Assembly: GCA_030668825.1 (NCBI GenBank)
Contig: DAOVET010000026.1
Coordinates: forward strand, 1 to 31,763
Direction: 5' to 3'
From: Candidatus Heimdallarchaeota archaeon
Lineage (GTDB): Archaea > Asgardarchaeota > Heimdallarchaeia > Heimdallarchaeales > Heimdallarchaeaceae
Length of the DNA stretch: 31,763 nucleotides
Shown: positions 1-9,342 of the stretch, piece after piece
How the letters are laid out: each line of letters starts with the position of its first letter
Numbering within the stretch: position 1 is the stretch's first letter
The notes under the pieces: model-generated
The model's input: only the letters and a program-made list of their open reading frames with translations
Told to the model about the DNA's origin: nothing
Database searches by the model: none
Made by a program: the position numbers and the translations under genes

Positions 1-1737
1 GAAGCACTGCATAATGCGACACTACACTGTTTCTATGATAATGGTGCTAACCAATACAATATGGATGTGAATTTTACCTTTTTTCTACATAATAGTACTA
101 CTTTTCCAGAAATAACTGATTCATATGATTTAGGTGATAATCTTACTTTGTGGGTAACTTATTCTCCAAAAATTCAAATTGGTTATAACAAGCAACTAAT
201 AATTAGAGCAACAGTAGCAGACTCTCTCAATAATACTGTAACTCCTTTACCTACAATTGGAAATTTCAGTGTTGATATTTCAAGTAATGTAGAAGATGGT
301 CTTTCTCTAACTTTGCCTGCTTCTTCACTAGAAGAAGATTATAGAGATCAAAATTGGATAATCTTCAAATTAAGACTACCTTATAGATCAAATGTTGTTT
401 TAACGTTACTTTTCATGGTAGGTATTCTTTGGGTTATGGAAGCAATTCCTCTTGTAGCTACAAGTTTAATGATACCAATATTTGGTGTTTTAGCTTTGGA
501 TTTAGGAGCAAAAGGATTACTAGCTCCCTTTTCAGAACCTGTCATTTTTCTATTTCTAGGTGGTTTTATCATTTCAAAAGCGATGAACAAAACTGGCTTG
601 GATAAATGGATATCGCTTAATATAGTTAGAATAAGTCCTAATAATCCTAAGATTTTAATGCTACTAATGATGAGTGTTACGGCTTTCTTATCAATGTTTA
701 TGAGCAATACCGCAACTGCAGCAACAATGATACCCATAGCAGTAGCTGTTACTGATAAGTTAAAAGTCAACAAAGAAATAGATGAGGAATGTATAGATAG
801 ATACGGTAAAGCACTAATTTTAGGTATAGCTTATAGTGCTTCAATTGGAGGGATAGGCTCTGCAATTGGCACACCTGCAAACCCTATAGCAATTGCACTG
901 TTAAGTGAATATGCCGGTGTTCAAATTACTTTCACTCAGTGGTTTGCTTTTGGTTTACCTATTGTCTTACTCATGCTACCTTTAGTTTGGCTTTACCTTT
1001 GGATGGTCTATAAACCTAAAGTACCAAAAAATAGCATTGCTAATGCGAAAACAGCCGTTAAGAAAGAGTTGGATAATCTTGGTCATCTTAATAAGAAACA
1101 GATATATGTACTCTCAGTTTTTCTACTTGCTTTAGTACTCTGGTTCTTGGAAGGTACAATTAAAAAATTCCTCTTTCCTCAATTTTCATCTTCAATTGTT
1201 GCAATTATTGCTGCATTTATGTTATTCTTACCTTCTATATTTGAGAAGAGTAAGGTTCTCATAGGTAGAGATGTTAATGATTTAAACTGGAATGCAATAT
1301 TAGTCTTTGGCGGTGGTTTAGTTCTAGGAGTCATCCTAACTGAATCAGGAGCTGGGGATCTGATTGCATATTCGTTAGAAAATCTGGGAATTTCAAGCAA
1401 AATTCTCTTTATAGCACTCATTGCATTAGTTAGCATCATATTAACCTTTATTGCATCTAATACGGGATCAGCAGCAATACTTGTACCTCTCGTTATTCCT
1501 CTCGGGTTACTGTTTCATATTGATCCAGTCTTACTAGCAGTTGTTGCTGCCATAGGTTCAAGTGTAGATTTCATGCTTCCACAAGGTACTCCTCCCTCAA
1601 TGATCGCATATAGTACGGGTAAATATCCAATAAGAGAAATGGTAAAAATAGGCTCATTAGTTGATTTGTTTGGTCTGTTGCTTATAGCCTTCGTTCTACC
1701 CTTTTTCTGGAAATTAATAGGATTAGTATATTTCTAA
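1..1737 (+). CDS. DASS/SLC13 family Na+:dicarboxylate/sulfate symporter with an extra soluble N-terminal domain (5'-truncated by window)
   Basis: Motifs WVMEAIP, FLFLGGF, SMFMSNTATA, IGTPANPIA, SNTGSA and FMLPQGTPPSMIAY. The frame is open from base 1 (EALHNATLHCFYDNGANQYNM...), so the true start lies upstream of the window. Confidence 0.9.
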   Translation, partial: EALHNATLHCFYDNGANQYNMDVNFTFFLHNSTTFPEITDSYDLGDNLTLWVTYSPKIQIGYNKQLIIRATVADSLNNTVTPLPTIGNFSVDISSNVEDGLSLTLPASSLEEDYRDQNWIIFKLRLPYRSNVVLTLLFMVGILWVMEAIPLVATSLMIPIFGVLALDLGAKGLLAPFSEPVIFLFLGGFIISKAMNKTGLDKWISLNIVRISPNNPKILMLLMMSVTAFLSMFMSNTATAATMIPIAVAVTDKLKVNKEIDEECIDRYGKALILGIAYSASIGGIGSAIGTPANPIAIALLSEYAGVQITFTQWFAFGLPIVLLMLPLVWLYLWMVYKPKVPKNSIANAKTAVKKELDNLGHLNKKQIYVLSVFLLALVLWFLEGTIKKFLFPQFSSSIVAIIAAFMLFLPSIFEKSKVLIGRDVNDLNWNAILVFGGGLVLGVILTESGAGDLIAYSLENLGISSKILFIALIALVSIILTFIASNTGSAAILVPLVIPLGLLFHIDPVLLAVVAAIGSSVDFMLPQGTPPSMIAYSTGKYPIREMVKIGSLVDLFGLLLIAFVLPFFWKLIGLVYF

Positions 1738-1762
1738 TCCTTCAATATTTTTCTTCCTAGTT

Positions 1763-3301
1763 TTATTCTATATCCATATCCGTTTTAGTTGGTTCAGGAA
1801 CTTTCTTTGGCCACCAATTCCATTTAGAGGCTAAACTCATTATTGCTGGAACAAGTATGGTTCTTATAATGAAAGTGTCTATCAAAACAGCTATGCACAG
1901 CATGAAACCAAATTGATTTAGTACCATTTCTCTAGAAAATAGTAACCCACTAAAAGCAATCGCCATGATAATTCCAGCAAATGATATTATATTACCAGTT
2001 TTGAATAAACCTTTGTGTATTGATGCTTTTTCAGTAAAACCCATATCCCGAAATTCAGAAATTCTAGAGAGCAGGAAAATATCATAATCTAGACCTATTC
2101 CTATTAGAATTGAAAAAGCCATGATGGGAACTAACCAATAGAAGGAATTTACTCCTTGTAAAGCTGGAATAACCGTTTTGAATACTTGTGTCTTAAAAAC
2201 AAAAATCCCTAACCCATATATCCACGATAAGGTTAATCCAATTGTAATTATTAGCCTTAAAGGTATGAAGACAGATCTGAACATAAATGCTATTAGAGTA
2301 TAAACTACTATCATTGTAACAATTATCATTATCGGGAAAAGTTTGTAGACTTGATCTATTGCATCAACCATTACTGTTGATCCTTCTGCTAGATGCATTT
2401 CGTATCCATATTCTGCTTGTGAATCTTCAAGAATGACTCTTGTCTCTTTGATCCATGCCTCTGCTTCATCCCCCCAAGGATCAAATGGTGTTTGTATTTC
2501 TATAAGAATTGTAGAATTATCCTGATTTGTATATCTATTGAAAATTATTCTATATAACATCCCATCTGAACTATTGTATTCAAGAGTTGATGGGGTGAGA
2601 AACGCCATTGCTACTAAAAATGGAATATAATTTCCTCCTGCACTCACAATGGACGTGAAACTATTATTGTTTACCATTGTTTCAGCTGCTATTCTAATCG
2701 TAATATTCTTTGCATCTTTGAAAAATGTTGAGTCCATTATTCCGTTTGTCTGATTGGTTTTGATAATTACATAAAATGGAAGAATTTGTCCTGGTGAAAA
2801 ATCCTCGCTTAATGCTTGGTATGCTAGATCTGAATCCGACCCTCTAGGTAATATTTGAAGAAAATCCATTGATCTATCAAATTTGAAAACTTGAATTGAA
2901 ACTGGAATTGCAACAATTACAACGATTATAATGACAAATGGTGCATATTTAGTGGACAATTTTCCTATCTTATACCATATACTTTTCATTTGAGCTGCTA
3001 TTTCTTTCTTTTTTAGCTGGTCTTCAGTTTCAGGTTGTTTCTTTGTTAACTTTTTGTATAAAGTAAATTTCTTGAAGAACTCCTCAAAGGTAAGAAGGGC
3101 AGCTGGAGTAAACGAAAGATTAACTCCAAGTGTAATAACTATGGTTATGGCAGCTCCTAACCCTATTGTTGATAGTAACTGTAATGGAAAGAAAACTAAC
3201 CCTAAGAAAGTAACAGCAAGTGTCAGCCCTGAAACTGTAATAGTGTGTCCTGCATGTTTACTCATCTGAAGAACTGATTCTGAGGTTGATTTATTTTTCA
3301 T
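1763..3301 (-). CDS. MMPL/RND family transporter, C-terminal part of an interrupted gene
   Basis: AGHTITVSGLTLAVTF, GIGLDYDIFLLSRISE, TGNIISFAGIIMAIAF and DTFIIRTILVPA...WNWWP are MMPL signatures. In frame with the upstream ORF 3305..4138. Confidence 0.85.
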   Translation of the reverse strand: MKNKSTSESVLQMSKHAGHTITVSGLTLAVTFLGLVFFPLQLLSTIGLGAAITIVITLGVNLSFTPAALLTFEEFFKKFTLYKKLTKKQPETEDQLKKKEIAAQMKSIWYKIGKLSTKYAPFVIIIVVIVAIPVSIQVFKFDRSMDFLQILPRGSDSDLAYQALSEDFSPGQILPFYVIIKTNQTNGIMDSTFFKDAKNITIRIAAETMVNNNSFTSIVSAGGNYIPFLVAMAFLTPSTLEYNSSDGMLYRIIFNRYTNQDNSTILIEIQTPFDPWGDEAEAWIKETRVILEDSQAEYGYEMHLAEGSTVMVDAIDQVYKLFPIMIIVTMIVVYTLIAFMFRSVFIPLRLIITIGLTLSWIYGLGIFVFKTQVFKTVIPALQGVNSFYWLVPIMAFSILIGIGLDYDIFLLSRISEFRDMGFTEKASIHKGLFKTGNIISFAGIIMAIAFSGLLFSREMVLNQFGFMLCIAVLIDTFIIRTILVPAIMSLASKWNWWPKKVPEPTKTDMDIE

Positions 3302-3304
3302 TAT

Positions 3305-4138
3305 TTATTCTCTATACCTTGATAATATAAACAGTGAATAATCTATAGACAAAGCTATTACAAAAATCATCATTATTCTAGGAACAAATGAGAATATATC
3401 CCAAATTAAAGCTACTGGATACATGATTAGAAATGATGCTAAAATGCTGATTCCCATACTAGCTATAGGTAAAATCATCAATTTCAAACTTCTAAGCACA
3501 AAAGCTAAAACTAATAGAGCTATTGGAATTACAATCAAGTCCATTCTAAGAAGATCTTCTTCTGTTGCTTCTTGCATATCAAGATACATAACTAGATAAC
3601 CTGTAAGATAGACATTGAAATCTTCAGATGTATTTATTTTATGAACTTCTTCTCTTAAATATTCAACAAATGCACTTATTGAGCTGTTTTCTTCATCGTA
3701 AAGTAAATCAATTGTTAGAAGCATTGATCTTTCTTCAGAAGATATAAATCCATCAGCAACCTGACTAAATCCTGCATCCGCTAGTATATAGTAACTTAAA
3801 ACTGATATAACAATGTGGTCAAAGGACGAATTTAAGATACTATCTATAACTTGAGAACAAAATGATTCTGTTTCATCATTCACAACACTTTCAGAATCAT
3901 TTACCATTCGAATTACCATGATCATACTTGTTTCATTTTCGTAACCTGGAAATTCTACTGCAAGAACTTCCTCTGCTATTGCACTTGGAGAGTTTGCAGG
4001 TGCTTCAAAATTTGAAGAGGTTTCATTAAGAAACTTTGGTCCCAACCAGATTCCAAATGCAAAAATAATGACCCAGATAACAAGTATAGCTACTTTATAT
4101 TTCTTAAGAAATTTGTGGTATTTACCGATAAAAGTCAT
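3305..4138 (-). CDS. MMPL/RND family transporter, N-terminal part, ending at a premature in-frame TAA
   Basis: TM1, large extracytoplasmic loop, then TM2-4 ending ...SIDYSLFILSRYRE*. The minus strand reads AGA GAA TAA ATA ATG AAA, so the frame continues into 1763..3301. Confidence 0.85.
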   Translation of the reverse strand: MTFIGKYHKFLKKYKVAILVIWVIIFAFGIWLGPKFLNETSSNFEAPANSPSAIAEEVLAVEFPGYENETSMIMVIRMVNDSESVVNDETESFCSQVIDSILNSSFDHIVISVLSYYILADAGFSQVADGFISSEERSMLLTIDLLYDEENSSISAFVEYLREEVHKINTSEDFNVYLTGYLVMYLDMQEATEEDLLRMDLIVIPIALLVLAFVLRSLKLMILPIASMGISILASFLIMYPVALIWDIFSFVPRIMMIFVIALSIDYSLFILSRYRE

Positions 4139-4287
4139 CAGTTCTTCAAGGCAAATTTAATCTTCTTTCTATATTTAAAGTTGGTGTCAAAATTTGTGTA
4201 ACTACTCTAAATGTTACTTTTTAGTGAGGAAAAAGTTATTAAACAAATCTTACACGTTCAGATATCAAGCTTCACGTGAAAACAAAA

Positions 4288-6294
4288 ATGAGTAAAAAGA
4301 ATTTATCAATAGATGATTTATTGTTATTGAAACAAATTACAGCAGCAAAAATTTTACCAAACAAGAATTTTTTGTTTGAAGAACTATCGATGAATGAGAA
4401 AGAGAACAAATACAATTCTGCTGTATATTTAATTTCGAAAGACCAAAGTCCAAAACAATTTACCAGCGGATTAACTCAAGATAAATCCATGAGACCTTCA
4501 CCCAACAAAAATCAATTGGCTTTTTTAAGTGCTAGAGGCGGAGAAAAAGCAAAACCACAGATTTTTATCATGGATGTTGATGGAGGAGAATCCGTTCAAT
4601 ACACCAAAACTTCAAATGGAGTTTCTGAATTTGAGTGGTCTTTAGATGGACAAAAGATGGCTTACATACACAGAGTAAATCTTGAGGAACAATCCTTAGA
4701 AGATGAAAAAAAAGATGAAGTCAAAAAAAGTCCTTTAGATTATAAGATAGAAAATCTTGAAAAAGAAGAGAAAGATAAGAAAAAGATTGATCCAAGGGTT
4801 GTGAAAGATATTGTGTATAGAAGAGGAACAGCCTTTCTGGATGATAAGTATTCTCATGTTTATTTCTTCGATTTAGAAACTAAAACCTCAACAAGAGTTA
4901 CTAAAGGAGAGTTCAATTATTTCTCTCCGGTACTGAGTGAAGATAATAAAACCATTTATGCAATAAAACACAATGTAGAAGGTTTCATGAATGATACCTA
5001 TGAATTTGTTATTGTAGAAATTGACATAGAGACAAAAGAAGAGAAAGTTATCAAAACAATGTATGGTTTTGAGTCAGCTCTTGGTATCTCACCTGATGGG
5101 AAATGGTTAGCATTTAGTGGTAACAGCTCCCCAGAAATGCTTTCTACACAAAATAACGAATTATATATAATAAATCCCAAAACAGGAGAAGAGAAATGGG
5201 TCTCAGAGAAAATAGATAATCATGCATTATCACCCGTTTTTGATGTTGAAACATCCTACATTTATTTCTTAGTTGATAATTGGGAATGTATTGCTGTACA
5301 TCGTTTCAACATAGACAGAGAAACTGTTGAAGAAATTTATTCAGGAGATTCACTGATCAATTCTTTTGATGTTGATAGTGATCAAGGATTGATTCTCATT
5401 AACGCTTCACAGAAAGAAGAGTTCTCTGTTTTAATGCTCTATGACTTTGTTTACAAAGAGCTAAAAACATTATGGAAAACGAATGAAAAATTACTTGCTG
5501 AAAGGAAACTTGCAGAAACAGAAGAAATAAAATATTCTGGTTTTGAAGGAAAAGAAATCCAAGGATGGATTGTAAAACCACCTAACTTCGATGAAAGCAA
5601 AAAATATCCAACAATTGTTGAAATCCATGGTGGTCCACATGCAACATGGAGCCCCTTTGGAAGGTCAATGTGGTTTGAATTTCAGTATTTTGCTTCCCAA
5701 GGATATGTAATTTTCTACTGTAATCCACGAGGTTCAAGTGGAAGAGGATATGATTTCCGCGACATCTTCCAACAATGGGGTACAGAACCAGCTAATGACA
5801 TACTAATTGGTCTTGACAAAGTAGCCGAAAAAGGATACGTTGATGAAGCCAATTTATTCATTACTGGAGGATCCTACGGAGGATATATGACTGCTTGGAT
5901 TATAGGTCATGACCAGAGATTCAAAGCAGCTGTTCCTCTACGAGGTGTATATAATCTAGTTAGTTTCTGGAGCACTACTGATGTTACCAGACTCATTAAG
6001 GATGAAATTGGTTTTTTCCCGTGGGAAGATCTAGATAAAACTTGGGCGTTTTCACCAATAGCTTATGTTGATAAAACCAAAACCCCAACACGAATTATTC
6101 ATTCTGAAAATGATTTTAGGGTTTCCATCTCTCAAGCTGAAGAATATTTTGCTTCTCTCCTTAAACTAGGTACTACTGCAGAACTCATAAGATATCCCGA
6201 AGAAGGTCATGAACTTAGTCGTTCTGGTAAACCTCTTCATATGAAAGATAGACTAGAGAAAATAATTGAATGGTTCGAAAAATATAAGTCATGA
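4288..6294 (+). CDS. S9 family serine peptidase (acylaminoacyl-peptidase/dipeptidyl aminopeptidase type)
   Basis: N-terminal beta-propeller repeats (PSPN, WSLDG, ISPDG), IHGGPH, nucleophile GGSYGG, acid HSENDFRV, His EEGHEL. ATG at 4288 is preferred over GTG at 4276. Confidence 0.93.
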   Translation: MSKKNLSIDDLLLLKQITAAKILPNKNFLFEELSMNEKENKYNSAVYLISKDQSPKQFTSGLTQDKSMRPSPNKNQLAFLSARGGEKAKPQIFIMDVDGGESVQYTKTSNGVSEFEWSLDGQKMAYIHRVNLEEQSLEDEKKDEVKKSPLDYKIENLEKEEKDKKKIDPRVVKDIVYRRGTAFLDDKYSHVYFFDLETKTSTRVTKGEFNYFSPVLSEDNKTIYAIKHNVEGFMNDTYEFVIVEIDIETKEEKVIKTMYGFESALGISPDGKWLAFSGNSSPEMLSTQNNELYIINPKTGEEKWVSEKIDNHALSPVFDVETSYIYFLVDNWECIAVHRFNIDRETVEEIYSGDSLINSFDVDSDQGLILINASQKEEFSVLMLYDFVYKELKTLWKTNEKLLAERKLAETEEIKYSGFEGKEIQGWIVKPPNFDESKKYPTIVEIHGGPHATWSPFGRSMWFEFQYFASQGYVIFYCNPRGSSGRGYDFRDIFQQWGTEPANDILIGLDKVAEKGYVDEANLFITGGSYGGYMTAWIIGHDQRFKAAVPLRGVYNLVSFWSTTDVTRLIKDEIGFFPWEDLDKTWAFSPIAYVDKTKTPTRIIHSENDFRVSISQAEEYFASLLKLGTTAELIRYPEEGHELSRSGKPLHMKDRLEKIIEWFEKYKS

Positions 6295-6298
6295 AATA

Positions 6299-6320
6299 TT
6301 TTTTCTTATTTTTTCTTCTT
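6299..6320 (+). terminator. oligo-T archaeal-type terminator after the S9 peptidase
   Basis: Pyrimidine/T tract ttttttcttattttttcttctt just after the TGA. Confidence 0.5.
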
Positions 6321-6530
6321 CAAAATTAATATGCAACTTTTCTGAGAATCTTCTTTGAATCCCCTTGATACATTTCTAAAGTAATATTTCTTCACTGGTT
6401 TATGTCTGAATTTACTTATAAACTAAGCAAAAAAAAGGATACCTATTCATTTCTAAGATAAAAATAGGTTTTTGATTCTAATAATATGGTTTCATAGAGT
6501 TTAAATACGAATTTCCGAATTTTATATTGA

Positions 6531-7661
6531 ATGGAAATCAACAAGATTCATAAAATGGATTGTATAGAAGGTTTGAGAAAGCTAGATAGTGATTCAGTTG
6601 ACTTAATATTTGCTGATCCTCCGTACAATTTACAATTAAGAAATGAATTATATAGACCAAATCAATCCAAAGTAGATGCAGTTAATGATCAATGGGATCA
6701 ATTTTCTTCCTTTGAAGAATATGATGATTTCTCCGCATCTTGGTTAACAGAATGTAAAAGAGTATTAAAAAAAACTGGATCTATTTGGGTTATTGGAACT
6801 TATCATAATATTTTTCGTATCGGAAAAATTATGCAAGATCTTGGTTTTTGGTTGTTAAATGATATAGTTTGGATCAAAAGTAATCCCATGCCTAATTTTA
6901 AAGGCACACGTTTCAATAATGCTCATGAAACCTTGATTTGGGCAAAAAAAGATGAAAAATCTAAACCTGTTTTTCATTACAAAACAATGAAAGTAATTAA
7001 TGATGATAAGCAAATGAGAAGCGATTGGTATCTCCCTATTTGTATTGGTAAGGAGAGATTACAGTTTAATGGTAGAAAATTACATTCAACTCAAAAACCT
7101 GAAGCACTTCTCTATAGGGTTATTATTTCAACATCTAATGCAGGTGATTTAGTACTTGATCCATTTATGGGATCAGGAACAACAGGTGCTATTGCAAAGA
7201 AATTAGGAAGGAATTTTATCGGTTTTGAGATTGATGAAACATACATTCAAGAAGCCAATAAAAGAATAGCAAAAATTAAACAATTGGATGAGAACTTGCT
7301 TAATTATAAAATTGAGAGAAAACCTCCAAAAATCCCTTTTGGAAATCTGGTTGAACATCAATACATCAAGTCAGGTGAAAAGGTTTACTCAAAAGATACG
7401 AAGTATCAAGCAGTTGTTAATGCAAATGGAACAATTGAATATGGAGGAAAAACAGGATCTATTCATAAAATAAGTGCAATGATTCTCAATAAAAAAGCAA
7501 ATAATGGTTGGGATTTCTGGTATATTAGAGATAATGATGAACTAATAAGCATTGATAATGTAAGAAGAAAATATGCTGCTGAAAACCTTGAATATAGAGA
7601 TGATGTGATTACTGATAATAGATTGAAAGGAAAAGATAAAGTTTTAACTCAATTCTTCTAA
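6531..7661 (+). CDS. beta-class N6-adenine DNA methyltransferase, CcrM/M.HinfI/M.HpyAIV-like (probable GANTC)
   Basis: FADPPYNLQL precedes DPFMGSGTT (beta order). Also GTYHNIFR, W.KSNPMPNFKGTRF.NAHETLIWA, HSTQKPEALL and the CcrM-type C-terminal domain (GSIHKI...NGWDFW). Confidence 0.92.
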   Translation: MEINKIHKMDCIEGLRKLDSDSVDLIFADPPYNLQLRNELYRPNQSKVDAVNDQWDQFSSFEEYDDFSASWLTECKRVLKKTGSIWVIGTYHNIFRIGKIMQDLGFWLLNDIVWIKSNPMPNFKGTRFNNAHETLIWAKKDEKSKPVFHYKTMKVINDDKQMRSDWYLPICIGKERLQFNGRKLHSTQKPEALLYRVIISTSNAGDLVLDPFMGSGTTGAIAKKLGRNFIGFEIDETYIQEANKRIAKIKQLDENLLNYKIERKPPKIPFGNLVEHQYIKSGEKVYSKDTKYQAVVNANGTIEYGGKTGSIHKISAMILNKKANNGWDFWYIRDNDELISIDNVRRKYAAENLEYRDDVITDNRLKGKDKVLTQFF

Positions 7662-7666
7662 TTAAC

Positions 7667-8596
7667 ATGATGGTTTCTTATTTATTATCATATGACTCTT
7701 TTAAACAAATATTGAATAAATCCATCTTTTTTAAGGTGAAACTTACTCTTCTTGAAAAAGTTGCGAAAAATCCTGATAGATATATTGGTTTATTTATACC
7801 TACTAAACCTAAAGCAAAACTAATTCAAAATATAACTCAGTCTAATGAAATCAGATTTGGTGATGCTTTTGAAATAATCATAGAGGAATATCTTAAAATT
7901 CTTAAATTTGAAATTAAGGAAAGGAAGTTTGTTTTTCAAAATGATAGTTTAATCTTTGATCAATTATTCGCTAAAAACGACAATCTGTATTTTATTGAAC
8001 AGAAGCTTCGTGATGATCATGATTCCACAAAAAAAAGAGGACAAATCGAAAATTTTGAGAAAAAATCTAAACTACTACTGAATGAATATCCTGATCAAGA
8101 ATTAACAGGAATTATGTATTTCATTGATCCAGGATTAAGCAAAAATGAGAAATACTATATATCTGAACTCAGGAGAATTTCAAAAGAATATGAGTTGAAT
8201 ACACATTTATTCTATGGTAAAGAGTTATTTACTTGGTTGGAAGAACCTCAAATTTGGGATGAGATAATAACTTATTTAACTCAATGGAAGAATGAAATAC
8301 CTGATTTACCTATTATTAATTTCGATCAAGATCCAGAAGATAGTTTTGAACAGATTAAACATATTAGTCCAAAGCTTATGATGAGTTTATGTGAGAATGA
8401 AATTATTTATCATGAAATCATTTTAACTCTTTTCCCAGAGAAAAAAACACTTCATTTATTACTTGAATTTTATAAGAAAAATGTTGAAAAGAATAGAATT
8501 CTTAAGAAGTTAGTTACGATACTGGAAGAAAAGTTAGGTATAATGAAAACAAGTTCAAAAAATATGAAACTTACTGATTATGCTGACAATGATTAA
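7667..8596 (+). CDS. type II restriction endonuclease, HpyAIV family (probable GANTC)
   Basis: NPDRYIGLF.PTKPK, QS.EIRFGDAFE and the PD-(D/E)xK-like core DQLF...FIEQKLRDDHDSTKKRGQ. Starts 5 nt after the methyltransferase. Confidence 0.82.
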   Translation: MMVSYLLSYDSFKQILNKSIFFKVKLTLLEKVAKNPDRYIGLFIPTKPKAKLIQNITQSNEIRFGDAFEIIIEEYLKILKFEIKERKFVFQNDSLIFDQLFAKNDNLYFIEQKLRDDHDSTKKRGQIENFEKKSKLLLNEYPDQELTGIMYFIDPGLSKNEKYYISELRRISKEYELNTHLFYGKELFTWLEEPQIWDEIITYLTQWKNEIPDLPIINFDQDPEDSFEQIKHISPKLMMSLCENEIIYHEIILTLFPEKKTLHLLLEFYKKNVEKNRILKKLVTILEEKLGIMKTSSKNMKLTDYADND

Positions 8597-8627
8597 TTTA
8601 AAATACAAGCGTACTTAAACAGTTCTC

Positions 8628-9083
8628 ATGAAACGAGTTTATGTTGGTATGGCCGCTGTTATTGAAAAAGGCAGCAAGATACTAATAATGAAAAGATCAA
8701 AAGAGAGAGATTTTCAACCTGAAACCTGGGAAGTAGTAACTGGAAGATTAGAAGCTGAAGAATCTCCTGTAGATGGAGTCTTAAGAGAAGTTGTAGAAGA
8801 AACTGGATTGAAAGTTGAAGTCATTTTACCTTTAGATACAGGTTTCTTCTATAGGGGCGGAAAAGAGTTTCCAATGGTTTTCATTTCCTATTACTGTAAG
8901 TATCTAGAAGGTGAAATAAAACTAACGTGGGAACATTCAGAATCCAAATGGATAAACTTGAACGAAGCAGTGAATTTACCTGAATTAATGCATTTTCACG
9001 CTATGTTGAATAATTTGAAAAAACTGAAAGAACACTTACCTGAAAACTTCAAGTATACTTTTACACCTGTAGTTAGATCTTGA
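8628..9083 (+). CDS. NUDIX hydrolase (MutT-like)
   Basis: Nudix box GRLEAEESPVDGVLREVVEETGL and C-terminal EHSESKW. Confidence 0.9.
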   Translation: MKRVYVGMAAVIEKGSKILIMKRSKERDFQPETWEVVTGRLEAEESPVDGVLREVVEETGLKVEVILPLDTGFFYRGGKEFPMVFISYYCKYLEGEIKLTWEHSESKWINLNEAVNLPELMHFHAMLNNLKKLKEHLPENFKYTFTPVVRS

Positions 9084-9294
9084 GTTGATTATTACTATTT
9101 TCTCCTACTTGTTTAGAAGGACAATCGTCTTCAGCATAACTACAGAAAACACAACAATCTCCCTCTTTAGGATGAAACACTTTTTCACATGAAGGGCACT
9201 TGTAAACTCTTATGCAGACATAATCAGGCATCTCAACCTGCTCTATATTGCCACAATTTAGGCATGTGATTTTAGTCTTTATTACAGTACTCAT
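9073..9294 (-). CDS. GDCCVxC domain-containing Cys-rich small protein
   Basis: ITCLNCG...EMP..VC..YKCPSC...PKEGDCCVFCSY....CP, 9 Cys in 73 aa. The ATG at 9294 fits the family better than TTG at 9339. Overlaps the NUDIX 3' end by 11 nt. Confidence 0.85.
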   Translation of the reverse strand: MSTVIKTKITCLNCGNIEQVEMPDYVCIRVYKCPSCEKVFHPKEGDCCVFCSYAEDDCPSKQVGENSNNQLKI

Positions 9295-9342
9295 ATTGTG
9301 ACATTTTTTAATATATGTAAAAACATTTTCCTTAAACAATTT

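Noticed and set aside
3305-3307. Genetic-code reassignment or Sec/Pyl readthrough at the MMPL stop
   Set aside because: The codon is TAA, which terminates many intact genes in this window. Sec uses TGA and Pyl uses TAG.
8628-9083. NUDIX protein as a CoA pyrophosphatase belonging to the CoA cluster
   Set aside because: No clear NudL/NUDT7-type CoA motif ahead of the Nudix box. It looks like a generic MutT-like enzyme, and proximity alone is insufficient.
9073-9294. Selenoprotein form of the GDCCVxC protein
   Set aside because: All motif positions are Cys codons and there is no in-frame TGA.
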